Positions 37,031-50,244 of a stretch of DNA of 64,000 nt are shown here, piece after piece. The notes under the pieces are model-generated. The model saw nothing but the letters and a program-made list of their open reading frames with translations. It had not been told where the DNA came from and did no database searches. The stretch spans positions 1,364,001 to 1,428,000 of the forward strand of contig MU008170.1 of NCBI GenBank assembly GCA_010909165.1. The letters are read 5' to 3'. Positions within the stretch are counted from its first letter, which is position 1; every line of letters starts with the position of its first letter. This stretch comes from Anthoceros angustus. Lineage: Eukaryota; Plantae; Anthocerotophyta. The position numbers and the translations under genes are program-made.

Positions 37031-37581
37031 TCAAACACAAATTGTGGGATGTTTCTTGCAGGCATCCGTCCAGCTAGGGTTCTCTTCTTCACAAGGAGAT
37101 CCTGAATGTCGCAGGGTTCCGGCGTGAGCCTGGCAATAATGGGTGCATGTAGGCCAGAGAAGGAGGTCCAAACCTCCGAACTTTACAAAACCCTCCTTCT
37201 TCCTGGTGCAGCATGTCTTGCAACATGCCATGTCTTCCCTTTCACTTTTTGGAGAAACAAGCTGCAGCTTTAGCCGGCTGATCACCTGACATGCTTGACT
37301 TGTTGGGAATTCATCCTCGAGCTACAAACCTCTGCCCTTCTGTCAACAGACGGCGTTGTGGGTTTGAGGAGTCGAAATTTTGCTGCGGAAAATCCTCACC
37401 AGCTCCATCAATATCGTAGTTCACCGTCTCATCCCAGTCGTTGTCACTCTGAAACCCCAAGTTCCGCCCCTCTTCCGCTCGATCACCATCAGCTGGAACA
37501 GCCAACCACAGCAAGCAAATTAGAACATCACAATGCTGCACCAGATGTGGTGAAAGATGCTACCCAGCCAGCGAGCTCAAC
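37031..37581 (-). CDS. Candidate Cys-rich peptide precursor (5' exon not found)
   Basis: Exons 37581-37542, 37492-37330 (acidic, RRLL) and 37277-37031 (9 Cys) join in frame through GT-AG introns. Confidence 0.35.
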
Positions 37582-37629
37582 CTAGAATCTTTACGTGTGG
37601 GCAATGGCTTGAACCCTGGATACCTCCAC

Positions 37630-39170
37630 ATACATACACAGCCCAAAAATCGTACTTAATTTGAAAAATTAATACAAGAAGATTTGTCTTCTATAGAATC
37701 CAAGAAAGAGTTCTAAGAAACAAACTCCAAACCGTGCTGCTAACACCTAAACTGAACACTTCAACTCTTTTCAACATGTTTGTCTATTAGTGCCATTTAT
37801 TGCATTGGAAAACTTTGGAAGATATCTCCTACATCGATGGAAATATCTTCTAAAATAATACGATATATTATACTAAATAAAAATTAATAAATCAATAAAA
37901 TTGAATAAAATTATAATGATTATCAAGCTCGTCAACCACCTTCAAGACTAAATGATGATGTAGCGCAAGTGTGGCTTTTATGATTCTTGCATATTCATTC
38001 AGGCATCCTAGAAATATGTGAAAAAACTTAAATACATGACATGATGACATTTTAAATTCCCAAGAACTATAGTGAACTTCTTTAAATGGTTGGATTTTCT
38101 TATTGAAAAATAGAAAATGAACCCCATTACATATGATTTTAAACTTACATTCAAAGTGGGTAGTAGAAGTTCCTTGCATATTATGTATCGTTCTGGTGGA
38201 AGCAATTTCAATAACCATCATAAGTAGCACTACTGCAATATAAGTGAGTCCAGTATGTTAAAATTGCTTACTATGGATATCTTTTTCCTAAATGCCTATA
38301 GAATTGGTGTTAAATGAACATTATTTTGATATCAAGGTTGTCCTTACATTTCATACTTAACTACGTTGCACTTCACTTCAAAGATTTGGTTTAATACTTA
38401 CTTGCTCTAATTGTAGACACAATGTGTGTACGAACCACCATAGGTGTGGCCATCTCAAATTAAAAAATAATGTTTGTAGCAACTTTCTTATTATTATCTA
38501 ATGAATTGCACATAAGTAAAAGCTTCTACACTTATTCAAACCAAATAGAAGTACCAATTATCAGACTAAGCCCAACACCCATTAAAATAAAACTCTTTTT
38601 TTATAACCTTTTTGTAAGAAAAAAATACACGTAGCAAATGGGATAGTTTTAATAACATATGTTTATAAATATGAAACTTAAGAACAAAATTTTCCAAAAT
38701 ATTTAGACTTTTATGGTTACTAGGCCTTGTAGCATGTTAAATGACTGACTCGCAACATAAAAACCTCCAAGAAGGCTCTCTTTTGTAATGTGTGATTTAA
38801 GCACCTCATCTAGATTTTTGTGGCATGATATCTTGTACCATTCATCCAAGTTTTTTTGGCGCAATTTCTCATACTCTTTACTTTGATTTTTTTTTTGATT
38901 TCTCGTATTCTTTATCCACATTTATTTTTTATGTGATTTCTTCTACCCTTTATCCAATTTTTTTTGGCGTGGTTTTTAATACCCAAATTCATCCCATCGA
39001 AAGGCTATTAGGGTTTGGGGGGTCAAAGTCCAGGATTGTCTTTGCTGTTCACACTAAAGCTACAACTAGAAGCTTTCTTTCAGCCCATAAAAGAGCATTG
39101 GCCAGTTTTGATATGTCACCATTGATTAGTACGCCACATTTTGATTCAATTACACCTGGGTTCCGGTAAG
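37630..39170. mobile_element. AT-rich insertion with degenerate ~36-bp tandem repeats (38810-38980), probable DNA transposon remnant
   Basis: Abrupt compositional boundaries and repeated t(c/t)atcca..ttttttggcg..atttct units. Confidence 0.4.
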
Positions 39171-39806
39171 ACGTGCTCCGATGATCTCGTGATCAGCTTA
39201 TCCTTATCTCGTGGGTTCTTGGAATCAGCGTCTTCAAACTTGGGGAGCTGCCTCCACCTTGCCACCTCTTGATCCATGTCACGCTCCACTTGGATGTCCA
39301 AGTCTCCTTTCTCATATTGGACTTGATGGTTTCCCTCACAAGGAATTCCCTACGTGTTTCTACAATACTGCTTGGTGACGATAACGCCGTCCTCATCGAG
39401 TCCGGTCAATACGTACCAATGAAGACACGTATGGTACAAAGCTTTGCCTTCATTGGTCCATACGTGGCTTTTGAAGTGTAAGCCATTCAACTTCGAGATC
39501 GAGAGGAGATGGGCGCATCGCCCGAAATGCGAATTTACGCATGAGCATGGGAGATGGCCGATGGCTGGCAGCTTGGCAACAATGGCTCTGAACAGCAATT
39601 TGAGAGCGTCTGCCTGTGTGCTCCGTTTTGCAGGAAGGAGGTGGTTGGCAATTACCTCCCGACCTGGCGACCGCGCAGCGGCGCATGGGCAGCGCCTGCC
39701 GGAAGCAAAACCCCCGTCCTCTCCAGAAACCGATGAGGTGACCACTTCCACGTCCTGGTCAATTCCAGTCCCTGTCTCAGCCTGCCACTGACAGGGCCAC
39801 GCTTGC

Positions 39807-40268
39807 GTGCAGGCAAAACAACAGAAAGGCGAGGAGGCAGCAGCTCAGATCCGCGAAGTGGAGAAGGAAAAGTCCCAGGTGAAGGGCGAGGTGGGCGGCA
39901 GAGAGGAAGGAGATGGGGAAGACACGGCGGCGGCAGCAGAGGAGAAGACAGCAATGGCAAGTCAAGAGAAAGGGAGGGGGACAGAGGAAGGGAAGGAGGA
40001 GGAAGAGCACGTGCAGCAGCGGTTTGTACTAGCAGAAGCCAAGGAGAGGCAGGGGAAGCTCTACAATTATGTGGTGTACCCTGGGCGGGAGAGGGATGTG
40101 GTGGAGAAGGTGGTGGACCTGAGCCAGGCAGTGTTCCCGCCGTGGCTGGAAGAGACCACGGACCAGGCCTTGCTGGGGGGCCTCCAGCTGTATGACATCA
40201 GGAGGGCAGGACTGGTTGCACCTGAGGACCTGCCCATCGCTGCCCTTCGCAGAGAGCGTATCCTGTGA
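39807..40268 (+). CDS. Hypothetical Glu-rich protein (start uncertain; first in-frame ATG at 39954)
   Basis: Open 153-codon frame with GC3-rich coding-like usage and a globular-looking C-terminus (GKLYNYVVYPGRERDVVEKVVDLSQAVFPPWLE). Confidence 0.45.
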   Translation: MQAKQQKGEEAAAQIREVEKEKSQVKGEVGGREEGDGEDTAAAAEEKTAMASQEKGRGTEEGKEEEEHVQQRFVLAEAKERQGKLYNYVVYPGRERDVVEKVVDLSQAVFPPWLEETTDQALLGGLQLYDIRRAGLVAPEDLPIAALRRERIL

Positions 40269-40593
40269 TGGGAGAAGAAGAGAAAGAAGAGATCATCAGG
40301 TGTCAGTACTCAACACACCTCGCTTGTTTGCTCACTTTGATGATCCAACATCATCCATTGTACATATCCAGCACCCTCCGTGCTCACCGGCAAGGGAGGA
40401 GGAAACGCTGAAACTGGTTAGCAACAGAAAGATTCCAAATTGAAAGAAGCTATCAATGCTAGCTAGCTTTGCTCCTTTATCTATCTAAATTGCAATGCAC
40501 TGCTCCCGTATGTTACCGTATCGGTGATCAAAACCATCCATCCAGGGCTGGAAAAAGAATGCACGCACTCTACTTATCTGCTGCCGTGGTGGG

Positions 40594-41637
40594 CTATCCC
40601 CCGATGAAGGGCAAGCCGAAGCCCTTCTTAGCCGGGCCCTCCTCCACCAGGACAGCCTTCATACTGTCTTGCTCCACCAGCCTCCATGCCGCCTGCTCCA
40701 GAGCCAGCCCTGCCAGAGTGGGGGGCTTCTTTAGGACCAAAGGATAGCCCCTGTTGGTGCTCTTGATCACCTCGGAATCCTCCGGGATGACCCCAAGCAG
40801 CGGCAACCCTAGCATCTCCTGCACGTCCAGCACGGACATCATGTCCTCCCCCTTGATCATATCGCTGCGCACCCGGTTCACCACCATCTTGATGTCCTTC
40901 ACACCATCGCACTCCAACAGGCCCGTCACCCTGTCCGCGTCCCTCAAGCTGGTGATGTCGGGAGTGGTGACCAGAATGGCTTCGTTAGCAGGGGTGATGG
41001 CGGTGATGAAGCCGGCGTCGATGCCTGCGGGGCAGTCAATGAGGATGAAGTCAGGGGTCCCGTCCGGCCGCTTCCTCAGCGCATCAACCAGCCATGTCAG
41101 GGCTTTGCCCCCGAATCCCAGAGGCATTTTGTACCGCGGCTTGTTGATGCACAGCAGCTCGAAGTTGCTCCATCGCTTGTCCCGGATAAGAGCCTGGTCC
41201 AGCCGGCACTCGCCGTTCAGCACCTCCATGGCCGTGTAGTTCACCCGATTCTCAAGCCCCAGCAGCAGGTCCAGGTTCCGAAGCCCTACGTCCGCATCGA
41301 TGGCCACCACCTTGAAGCTGAGCCTGGCCAGCGACATCCCGAGATTGGCCGTGGTCGTGGTCTTCCCCACTCCCCCCTTCCCGGACGTGATCACCACCAC
41401 CCGAGGCGCCGTCCCCGCAAACACAGGCTTCCGATTCCATTGCAACACTGCCACGGTCGTCACACCTGTTCTGCTGAGCCCCCTCTTCACAGCCCTCTCC
41501 TGCGGGCCGCAACACCTTCTCCTCAATCTTTCGCACCACCGCCTCCCCCCGCTTCTTTCTGCCAGCATCCCGTCACTCCAGTCTCCAGCCAAAACCCCTC
41601 CTGCTCTTCCATGCTCCACCTGCCCCCATCCTGCCAC
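40594..41637 (-). CDS. MIND1: Plastid division ATPase MinD1 (true start may lie in an upstream exon)
   Basis: LQWNRKPVFAGTAPRVVVITSGKGGVGKTTTTANLG, IDADVGLRNLDLLLGLENR, DFILIDCPAGIDAGF, TTPDITSLRDADRV, AAWRLVEQDSMKAV. Confidence 0.97.
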   Translation of the reverse strand: MAGWGQVEHGRAGGVLAGDWSDGMLAERSGGRRWCERLRRRCCGPQERAVKRGLSRTGVTTVAVLQWNRKPVFAGTAPRVVVITSGKGGVGKTTTTANLGMSLARLSFKVVAIDADVGLRNLDLLLGLENRVNYTAMEVLNGECRLDQALIRDKRWSNFELLCINKPRYKMPLGFGGKALTWLVDALRKRPDGTPDFILIDCPAGIDAGFITAITPANEAILVTTPDITSLRDADRVTGLLECDGVKDIKMVVNRVRSDMIKGEDMMSVLDVQEMLGLPLLGVIPEDSEVIKSTNRGYPLVLKKPPTLAGLALEQAAWRLVEQDSMKAVLVEEGPAKKGFGLPFIGG

Positions 41638-42631
41638 ACCAATCCCTCCAGGTTAACCTCCATCCTTCCGGAAAACCTATCCAACATTCCATCCGGCCAC
41701 AAAGAAACACCACACCACACCATGTCCAAAACAAAGAAGCCTAGCCAAGACAGCAAAACCAGAGGTGAAAAAGAACACAACCTGCTGCCCTGTCCAGCGA
41801 GCTGCGGCAAGAAGAAACAGAAGATGAGAGTTGCAGCAGCCCGGAAGATGAGAGGCCCCCGGCAACCCACATTTCTCAGAGAAGGGGGCGGGCCGCATAA
41901 CAATGCAACCCTGGCCCGCTGGCTTTCAGCGCCAACCTGCCATGCTCCTGTGCACGGCCCTGAAATTCCCCCCGCACCTGAATCCCCGCATAAGACCAAA
42001 ACCTCAACACCTTCTTCGCATCATAGGAATTCCTAGACAAGACTGATCCGCAATGCCACTGCTGCCCTTCTTCTCCTTCTCCTTCTTTTTCTTCCTCTTC
42101 TTCTGCGCCTTCTCCTTCCCCTTCCCTTCCGCAGCAGCTGCCTTCCTTCCCTGCAATGCGCTGCCCTGGCCGCTGCCTGCGGAAAAAACGAACGCAAGCG
42201 GCTGGATTCTTTCACCTCGGCGACGGCCTCGGCCGAGAAATGAAAAGCTCCAGTTCAAAGGAGCGGGAGAAGGCGAAACTAACCCGACCCTGCCGTTGGT
42301 TAGATTTCAACCAGGGTTAACGGCGCATGGTGCTTATCTACAGACTCTCGTTCCCGTTCGGCGTTGTCTCTTTCTACGCGCCTTCCCATGGGCCATCGAG
42401 CTGCGGCCCGAATCATCAGCGACACATCGCGTTCTCTCTCGATGACTCTGACTGTGCTGACCACGACGATGAACGAGACCCAGGAGCGCACCAAAATCTT
42501 CGCCATCGTCTTGCTGGGCGGTTAGTTTCGGCAGGTGTGCTTCCAGGAAGCTGCTGGGCGTGTTGTTGTAAGGCCATGCTGCAGTGGGGATGGTGGCCTC
42601 TGCGCGCTTCTGGAGCTGGATCCGACCGACT

Positions 42632-45600
42632 ATGGCTGCTGTGAGGCCGGGGCTCCGATGTCTGCTGCCCCTGCAATGTCTGATCCTGCTCATTCTCCTC
42701 TGGACGGGGCATGTGGGGAGCAATCGAATCGAAGACTGGGTTCCTGCCGGCCCCCATTGGTTTTCCCGGGCACCTGCTCCAGCACCGTGGGGCGGGGAAG
42801 ATCAATTCCAATTTCACGGAGATGGTATTGTAAGCAAGGTCGGCGCGGATGGTCATGTCTTATGGTCCTTCCCCGCCGGGCCCTTGGCTTCTTCTTGGTC
42901 TATTGCCGGTCTGGGTTGTGAGGAGGATTCAAATTGTGCTGCTCCTCCTTACGCCGACGCTAAAGAAATTGAGATGGTTGTGGAGGAAAACGATTATGAG
43001 GTTATCATTTTCTCGGAGAAGGATCAGAAGTTTACTGCACATGCCAAAGGAGGTGATGGAAAGGTGAGGAGCTGGAACTCTGTTATGGATCCTCTGGAGT
43101 TGAGCATTTCTTTTGACTGTTCTGATGCCCTGCTTTGGGTCTGTTCAAGTTTACTTTTGAGATGGTTGTCTGACTTGTGGGATCATTTGTGTGACTAGAA
43201 GTGCTCATGTTTGAGGTCCCTGAATTGTTGCAGGCATTGGCTACATTACGTGGTAAGGGCAGACAGTTGTTGCCGGAGGAGGTTTTATCACGCACTCCTC
43301 GCCACAATGGTGAAACACTTGTGAGTGGTTACCAGTCTTCAGTTATCTTTGTTGTGAATGGATCAACTGGTGGGCTGCTCAGAAAATTTGAGTCCAGTCC
43401 GTTTCAGCCCAAAGATGCCCTCTCAAACTTTGGAAACCTGGTAACGAGAGAGTGTGTGTCTACCAAGGATGATTCTGATAAGGAAATTGTCTATATTTCC
43501 AGGACAGACTATGCAATCGAGTGCAGAGATGGGATGACAGGGTTATTGCTGTGGCGTGTGTCTGTGGGACGTGTTACTTTTCTAAACGAGAATGTGTCTA
43601 GAGGGAGCAATCCTGCCACTGTCCAAATTCCTGTTCAGCAGGTTACTCCGCTTGGTGCTAATGAAGGTGCAAGGTCACAGGGTAAGCTCCGTAGTGCCAG
43701 TGATAATCCTGATTTCCCTCGGGCGTTGCCACCTGCACTCCCAACAGTACCTCCTATGTTACTTCGTATCTCTTCATTGCTACAGGGCATATTGGGTCTG
43801 TCTATTATTGGACTGGTTTCGGTTGCCGTCTATTGGTTTATGAATGTCCGAGCCCCAAAGCCTGGGGAAGACAAAGGAAATATTCCTTCAAATCCTTCAA
43901 AGAAGAAAAGGAAGAAAGCAGGACGCGACAAGGTTGAGATTTTAGGAAAGCAGGAGGAGGCAGTACAGAAGGTGCGTCCTCCCAGTTACTCACAGAAAGA
44001 TGGTGGTGACAGTGGGGTAGGGACTTCGGGCGATGAGTTGTCTTCGTCTCAGGAGAAGGTTATTGGTCATGGCAGCAAAGATGGTGGTGAAGCTGGAACT
44101 GGAACTTGGGTCGGTAAATTGTTGGTGACGGATAAGGTCATTGGTTATGGCAGCAATGGGACAAGAGTCCTTGAAGGCTATTTGCAGGATGGAAGGCTGG
44201 TTGCTGTCAAGAAAATGCTGGAACATCACTTTGAAGAAGCTGCGAAAGAAGTGGCTGCATTAATTGCGTCCGATGAACATCCTAACGTGGTTCGCTATTT
44301 TTTTCTGGAAAGGGATAGTTCTTTCGTCTATATAGCATTGGAACGCTGCAGCTGCAGTCTGCATGATCTCATCCTGCGGGCCAGAGGGAGGCCTGTGGAA
44401 GATAGGGAGAGACCGTTACCAGAGATTCATGTTCGGAATGAGGACTTGTGGATATCAGGGGATGAGCCATCAGAAAAGTTGATGAGGTTGTTGAGGTAAG
44501 TACCAAACCTATACTACCTGGTAAGCAACTTCAAGCAATGCGAGATGTGCAGCCTCTTTGCAACAATCTCAGACAAGTGAATTTGGGTTGTGTATGTGTA
44601 TGGGTGCAGGAATGTTGTTGCAGGGTTGATCCATCTTCACTCGAAAAATATTATCCACAGAGATTTGAAACCTCATAATGTTCTTGTGGCTATGTCGGGA
44701 GATCAAATGAAGGCAAAGCTTTGTGACATGGGCATTAGCAAACGCTTAGATCCAGACGCCACTTCTTTTGTTTCTCACACTGGTGAGCCGTCGAGACTTC
44801 GGAAGCTTTTTCTGTCCTTTGCCCCAGTAGAATGGATCCACTCTTTTTGCGTAGATTAACTGTCCGCCGTATTTTTTTGCATACACAGAAGGTGGTTCTG
44901 GTTCAATAGGGTGGCGAGCTCCAGAGCAACTCAGCCATGGTGAAAAGCAGGCGCCAAGTGTCGATATGTTCAGCTTTGGATGTTTGCTGTTCTTTTGCAT
45001 CACTGGAGGCGAGCATCCTTTCGGACCTCATATCCACAGGGAGTCGAACATATTGAAATCGGAATTTGACCTTTTTCCTGTGTCTAACCTGCCAGAGGCA
45101 GGCCATCTAATACGTTGTTTACTTGATAAAGACCCCAAGATCAGGTGTGAAGTGTGCCCCTTGCTTTTCTGGTTACTCCTGTGTTCTCTTCTTGTTCTGT
45201 TGCTCACGAGTGCATGTGCCTGCACTGCAGACTTGAAGCTAAAGAAGTGCTGGCCCATCCTTTTTTCTGGAATCCAGAGAAATGCCTGAATTTCCTCACC
45301 AATACCAGCGATAGATTTGAGCACGAGGACAGGGTGAAAGATTCTGAAATGCTAAAAGATCTCGAGGCTGTTGCTGCAAGTGCATTCAACAACCAATGGT
45401 CAGACAAAATCGATCCCGCTCTGCTATCCGACGCTGTGAAGTTCCGACAGTACAAATACAAAAGTGTGCGTGATTTGCTTCGACTCATCCGCAACAGATC
45501 TCATCACTACAATGAGTTGCCAATAGGAGTAAAGGTATGGCTTCAACTCTTTGTCTCTTTGTTACCTTGTGTCTGGTTGTTAATGCCTTTCTGTGCTCTT

Positions 45601-45807
45601 AGAGGTGATGAACTGACTTGAAGAATTCTGCACTGTCATACCTTGATGCAGGCTCTGCTGGAACCTTATCCAGACGGATATGTGAGATACTTCAAACGGA
45701 AGTTCCCAAATCTGCTTCTCGACGTGTACTTCGTTGTGAAGAAGCATTGCGAACAAGACGGACTCTTTCGAGATTTCTTCACATGCCCAAAAGAGTGGTT
45801 GTCTTAA
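42632..45807 (+). CDS. IRE1: ER stress sensor kinase/endoribonuclease IRE1, multi-exon
   Basis: Signal peptide, luminal domain (VYISRTDY), TM helix, kinase (IGYGSNGTRVLEG, LIASDEHPNVVRY, IIHRDLKPHNVL, DMG, GSIGWRAPEQL) and KEN domain (SVRDLLRLIRNRSHHYNELP...YFKRKFPNLL). Confidence 0.96.
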
Positions 45808-46767
45808 ACGGTCCAGTGTGCAATACAAGAGCCTCGTCAGGGCCTTGCCGGGCAGGCAACCTGGGTGCGATCGCGCGGTGAACTGTGCGCCGCCGCGCGG
45901 TCTGGCGCGCGCGCCAATGTCTTTAGGTTTTGCGCACCACGCTTTCCGTGCATAACGTTTCCTTCAAGCAAACGTAGCGCCGAGGGTTTGTTTTTGCTGC
46001 CATCGCTGTCGACCCCAGCTCCTTCCGGTGATCTGTGGCCACGATCGGGAAGCTGGGAGGAAGGTGTGTTTGGCATCGCATCGCGTAGCGCCCACGGGTC
46101 GATACGCATCTCGCTTGCGGCTTGCAGTTCCAGCGTTGTAACGGTTGCGTCCGCGGTCGAGCTGTGGTTCGCATGGTTGTGAGCTTCGCACCGATCTGCT
46201 GCGGTGCATGAGCAGTTTGAAGAGTGAGCCAGGCAAGGAGCAGAGGAAGGAAGGGTGTGGAGCGCCGAGGGTGTCCGTCTGCATGCATTTGCGGGGCTGT
46301 TTTCGTTGAATGTAAGTTCGTAGGTCGGTCGAGGGCAGGTTGCGGCTTCCGGCAGCCGGGAAGAATCCCTGCTGTGGAAAGACACAAAGTTTTAGCGCTC
46401 TGGACACGCTGGCTTGCCGTTTCTGAGGTTCTTGTGCTGGCTCAAAGAACGTCTGTAGCAAGGACTGGAGGTGGTGTGTAATGCACGTGCTATGCCGGAG
46501 CCAGGGCTCTGTGCGCGGCGAGGAGGAACGGAAGGAGGGGAGAGCATCGGTTGCTCCCTCATCTTCTTCCCGCGGGGTGCTTTCTAAAGGAGAAAGAGTC
46601 TGTTAGGGTTTGGATATACCTGTCGGCTTGGCTCTGCTCTGCTTTGCTGAGCTAGGCACGATTCGGGGTTTGGACTCCGGTACAGGCTGGTAGGCGTCTG
46701 CGAGGTGTGATTACGTGTGGAGTCGTGTGCTAAATCTACTTTGGTGCTCGCAGAGTTGGCGGGAGCG

Positions 46768-49700
46768 ATGTCAACTGCATTACCGGCGTATGGTAATCGG
46801 ACTCCGGAGCAGCTGAAAGTATCGGAATTAAGGGATGAGCTGAGGCGACGAGGATTGCAATCTAAAGGCTTGAAAAGGGAGTTGATAGAGAGGCTTGACG
46901 AGGCTATACAGAAGGAGCTGCAAGAGCAACGCCACACGGGAGTTGCTGCCCAGGCCTTGAGGGAAGCTGAGGCAGAGACCGTCCTAGAACCCGACCCTGT
47001 AGTTGAGCTAAAGCCCGCCCCTGCCTCCCCCGCCGCTGAGCCTTTGCCGCCCGTGTATGATGTCCCCTCAGGAGGGCCTGGTTCTCCCTTCCATGCTGTG
47101 GGAGCAGCAGATTCTCTTCCTCCTGACCTGAACCTGGCACCCAGAGAGGTCCAGATTGAGTCTAAAGAGCCTGACCTGGGGCCTAAGGAAGCCATCCAAC
47201 CCAGGGATTCGGAGGCCGAGACTATTGAGCATGCCGTTGAACCAGAAACTCTTCCGGACTCCATACCTAAGGTTAATTCTGTACCTTCGCCCTATCCTGG
47301 GGGGATTGAAGTTTCACTTCATGAGAGTTTATCTGAGGTTCCAGAGGTTGCTAATAGTGATGCAAATGCAGAACACACGGCAGAGGCAGAGGTTAACCAT
47401 GGCTTGGGAGAAGATCATTTGCCCGAGGTCCAAGGAGAGACAAATGTTGTTCAGAATTATGCAGTGGAACAGTCTGACATTGAGACGTCTTCTGTACCTC
47501 CTGTGAAGCTGACAGAAGAAGAGCTCACATCTCCAAAAGCTGATAATTCTGAATATCTACCTGTTGAAGCTGAGCCTGTGTCAGAGGTCACAACGAAGGT
47601 TGTGGAAGAGATCATGACTGAGGTTGTGGAAGAAGTCAGGACTGAGGTCATAGAAGAGGTCATGACTGAGGCCGTTGAGCCTGAGGCTAAGGAGGTGCCT
47701 GAGTCCAAGGAGGAGCCTGAGACCAAGGAGGAGCCTGAGACCAAGGAGGACCCTGAAACCAAGGAGGAGGTTCTAACTAGGGGAACTGAAGGAGTCTCTG
47801 AAACTGCACTTTCTTTATCAGAAGGACCTGCGGAGATTGATGGTTCTTCCGAAATGCAGGTTGAGGAACAAGTGACTGACGCAACTGAGGTGAGGGTGAA
47901 GCAGGTCCATGTGCAGGTTGAAACTGTGGAAGTAGTTCAGACTGAGTCCAAAACAGGTGATGAGGATGAGCCAATGGTTGAGGTCGAGGTTGAGACAAAG
48001 ACAGTAACAGAAACAGTGACGGAGACAGTATTTGAGGTTGTGCAAAATGCGGATGAGCCTCTTCCTAGCCAGGATGAGCACATGGCAGAGGCAACCGAGA
48101 CCACAGCTGAGCGAGTGACGCAAACTGCTTCAGCATCTGAGAAGCCTGTGGAAGTGGATGAGGCTGCACCGACTGAATTGTTGTTGCCTGAAGTCATACC
48201 AGGGGAATCAGCAGTCCTCAGCTCTGGATTTGGGAAGGGAAGCAGTGAGTCAGACGAACCTCGGGACCTGGAAGAGAGAAATACACAGGCAGCCATTAAG
48301 GAAGTGAAGGAGGGCAGGACTGCCGAGCCACAGAGGGCGAAGGTGGAGGAACTCCGCTCAGAAAGGAGGCATGACAGGGGCTTTAAAAGGGAGCCAGGTG
48401 GTCGGCCTCATGATGACAGGCACCGATATGATCAAAGACGGGAGTTTGGGGGTTCGTACTCAAAGGGTGGTGAAGAGAGACACAGGTACGAGAGGGATAG
48501 TAGGAGGGATGCTATTGGTGCTACTGGAAGGCGTGATGATGAGAAGCAAAGGCATGATGAGCTGAGAAGGGAGCCTATAGGCCTCAATCAGAAAGTTGAT
48601 GAGGAGAGGCAAAGGGCAAGTCGTAGAGATAGGGCAGATGTGCGGCATAGCAAAGAAGGGCACCGGGAAAGGGATGATTTGCTAGATGATAGGTCCCGAA
48701 TGTTCAATTCAAGTGGGGAGCAGCGAGGAAAAGGAGAAGCAGGTGAGGTCGAGGATAATGGGAAGGGAAAGGATACGAGACTCATGGACATTGATACAGA
48801 TGCTTTGGCTGGTACAAAAAGAAAGGATGGAGGTACTGTGGATTTTCTGGTTAATTTCTGTGGGATTTTTGGTTTGTTTAATTTTTGTGATCTTTCGCTG
48901 ACGCAAATCCAATTTCCTGTGAAGCACAGATTTGGATTTGATGCAGTCAGAGCCGATGAAGCGGCAACGTCGATGGAACTCTGGGAAGAATCTTGTTGAA
49001 GATGTTAGAGTTGCCCCAAAAGTGGTGCCAGCTGATGTTGCCAAGGATGTTATTCCAGCAGAAGCTCAAGATGGTCATTCTTCAGGTCCTCCAGGCTCGC
49101 CTACTTCTGTTCCTAGTGTAGTCCCCTCCTCTACCAATCTTAAGGTAACCGCCTCTGAGAGGGCTCCTGCGTCAAGACCGACCAAACCAGATGCGGCTGT
49201 GAATGGGGAAGGTCCAAAGCAACGCGTAGGTGAGTTTTCTGTCTTGATACGGCATGTGTTCAATGTGACCAGTCTCTGCTAATTTAAGTTCCAGCTCTCT
49301 TGACATGTTCCTCTTAACAGTCCCTCCCTCAACAAAGCCATCAACAACATCATTGAAGATAGACAGATTCTTGCGACCTTTTACTCTCAAGGCCGTCCGA
49401 GATTTACTGTCTCAGACTGGAACAATAAAGGACCTGTGGATGGATCACATTAAAACACACTGCTATGTCACTGTATGTTTTTTCACTCCTGCAAAGCTGT
49501 GCACTGGTTTTCTTTGTTGGAAGTTGTGGACCTCCTGACCGGTTGCTGTGAACTGGGGTGTTACGGATTGCGTGGTAGTTGTAGTCGCTGTGCAGTTTGT
49601 TCTATAATTCGTGGGTTTTAACTCGTCTCTGTTTTTTTGGGTGAAAATCAGTACTCCTCAGTAGAGGAAGCTGTTGCTACTCGGGATGCAGTTTACAATC

Positions 49701-50244
49701 TGCAGTGGCCACCTCATGGTGGCAAGTTACTTATCGCTGACTTTGTGGAGCCTGAAGAAGTGAAGTTGAGGATTGAAGGCCCAATTGAAAAGTCTGCTGT
49801 TACTCCAGTCACAACACCTCGTGGGCCAACGGGGAACAATGTGCCAGGTGCTGGTGGCCCCTCTCCGACAGTGACTCATCCGCCGCCCGCTACTGCTCCT
49901 GTCACAAGTCACCCTTCTCCCGCGGGGGTCGCTCCTAGGGAGAAGCCAAGCCTGCCACCGAAGAGAGGTACGACGCAATGTCGATCACAATTCAATTTGT
50001 CCTGCAGTGCAGTTACCTTGAGGGGAAGGTGGCTGGAAGTGGGTGATGTAACTGACCTAGGGCATTGTGAGTGTTTCTTGCCGATGTGACAGAGCCAGAG
50101 CCTGTACCCACATTGGATGATTTGTTCAAGAAAACCAGGGCAAAGCCACATATCTATTACTTGCCACTCACGGAGGAGCAAATCGCCGCGAAGGTGGCTG
50201 CTCCGAGCAAGGCACCGATTAACAAGCCTCCAGTTAGAGTGTAG
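46768..50244 (+). CDS. ACINUS: ACINUS-like splicing factor (SAP domain, acidic linker, RRM, RSB motif)
   Basis: LKVSELRDELRRRGLQSKGLKRELIERLDEA; KRQRRWNS; SLKIDRFLRPFTLKAVRDLL...WMDHIKTHCYVT|YSSVEEAVATRDAVYNLQWP; TLDDLFKKTRAKPHIYYLPLTEEQI. Confidence 0.94.

Noticed and set aside
28338-41637. Intronless, bacterial-looking purH and MinD as horizontal transfer or contamination
   Set aside because: Both have plant-type N-terminal extensions, are known nuclear-encoded organellar genes, and lie among intron-rich plant genes.
44722-44733. DMG in place of DFG in the IRE1 kinase
   Set aside because: DMG is the normal motif in plant IRE1 proteins, so it does not indicate a pseudokinase.
45837-46481. 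Several 100-180 aa ORFs between IRE1 and ACINUS
   Set aside because: They are mutually overlapping in a GC-rich promoter region with no motif or codon pattern.
47700-47770. EEPETK repeat (18-bp unit) in ACINUS
   Set aside because: An ordinary in-frame repeat expansion in a disordered acidic linker.
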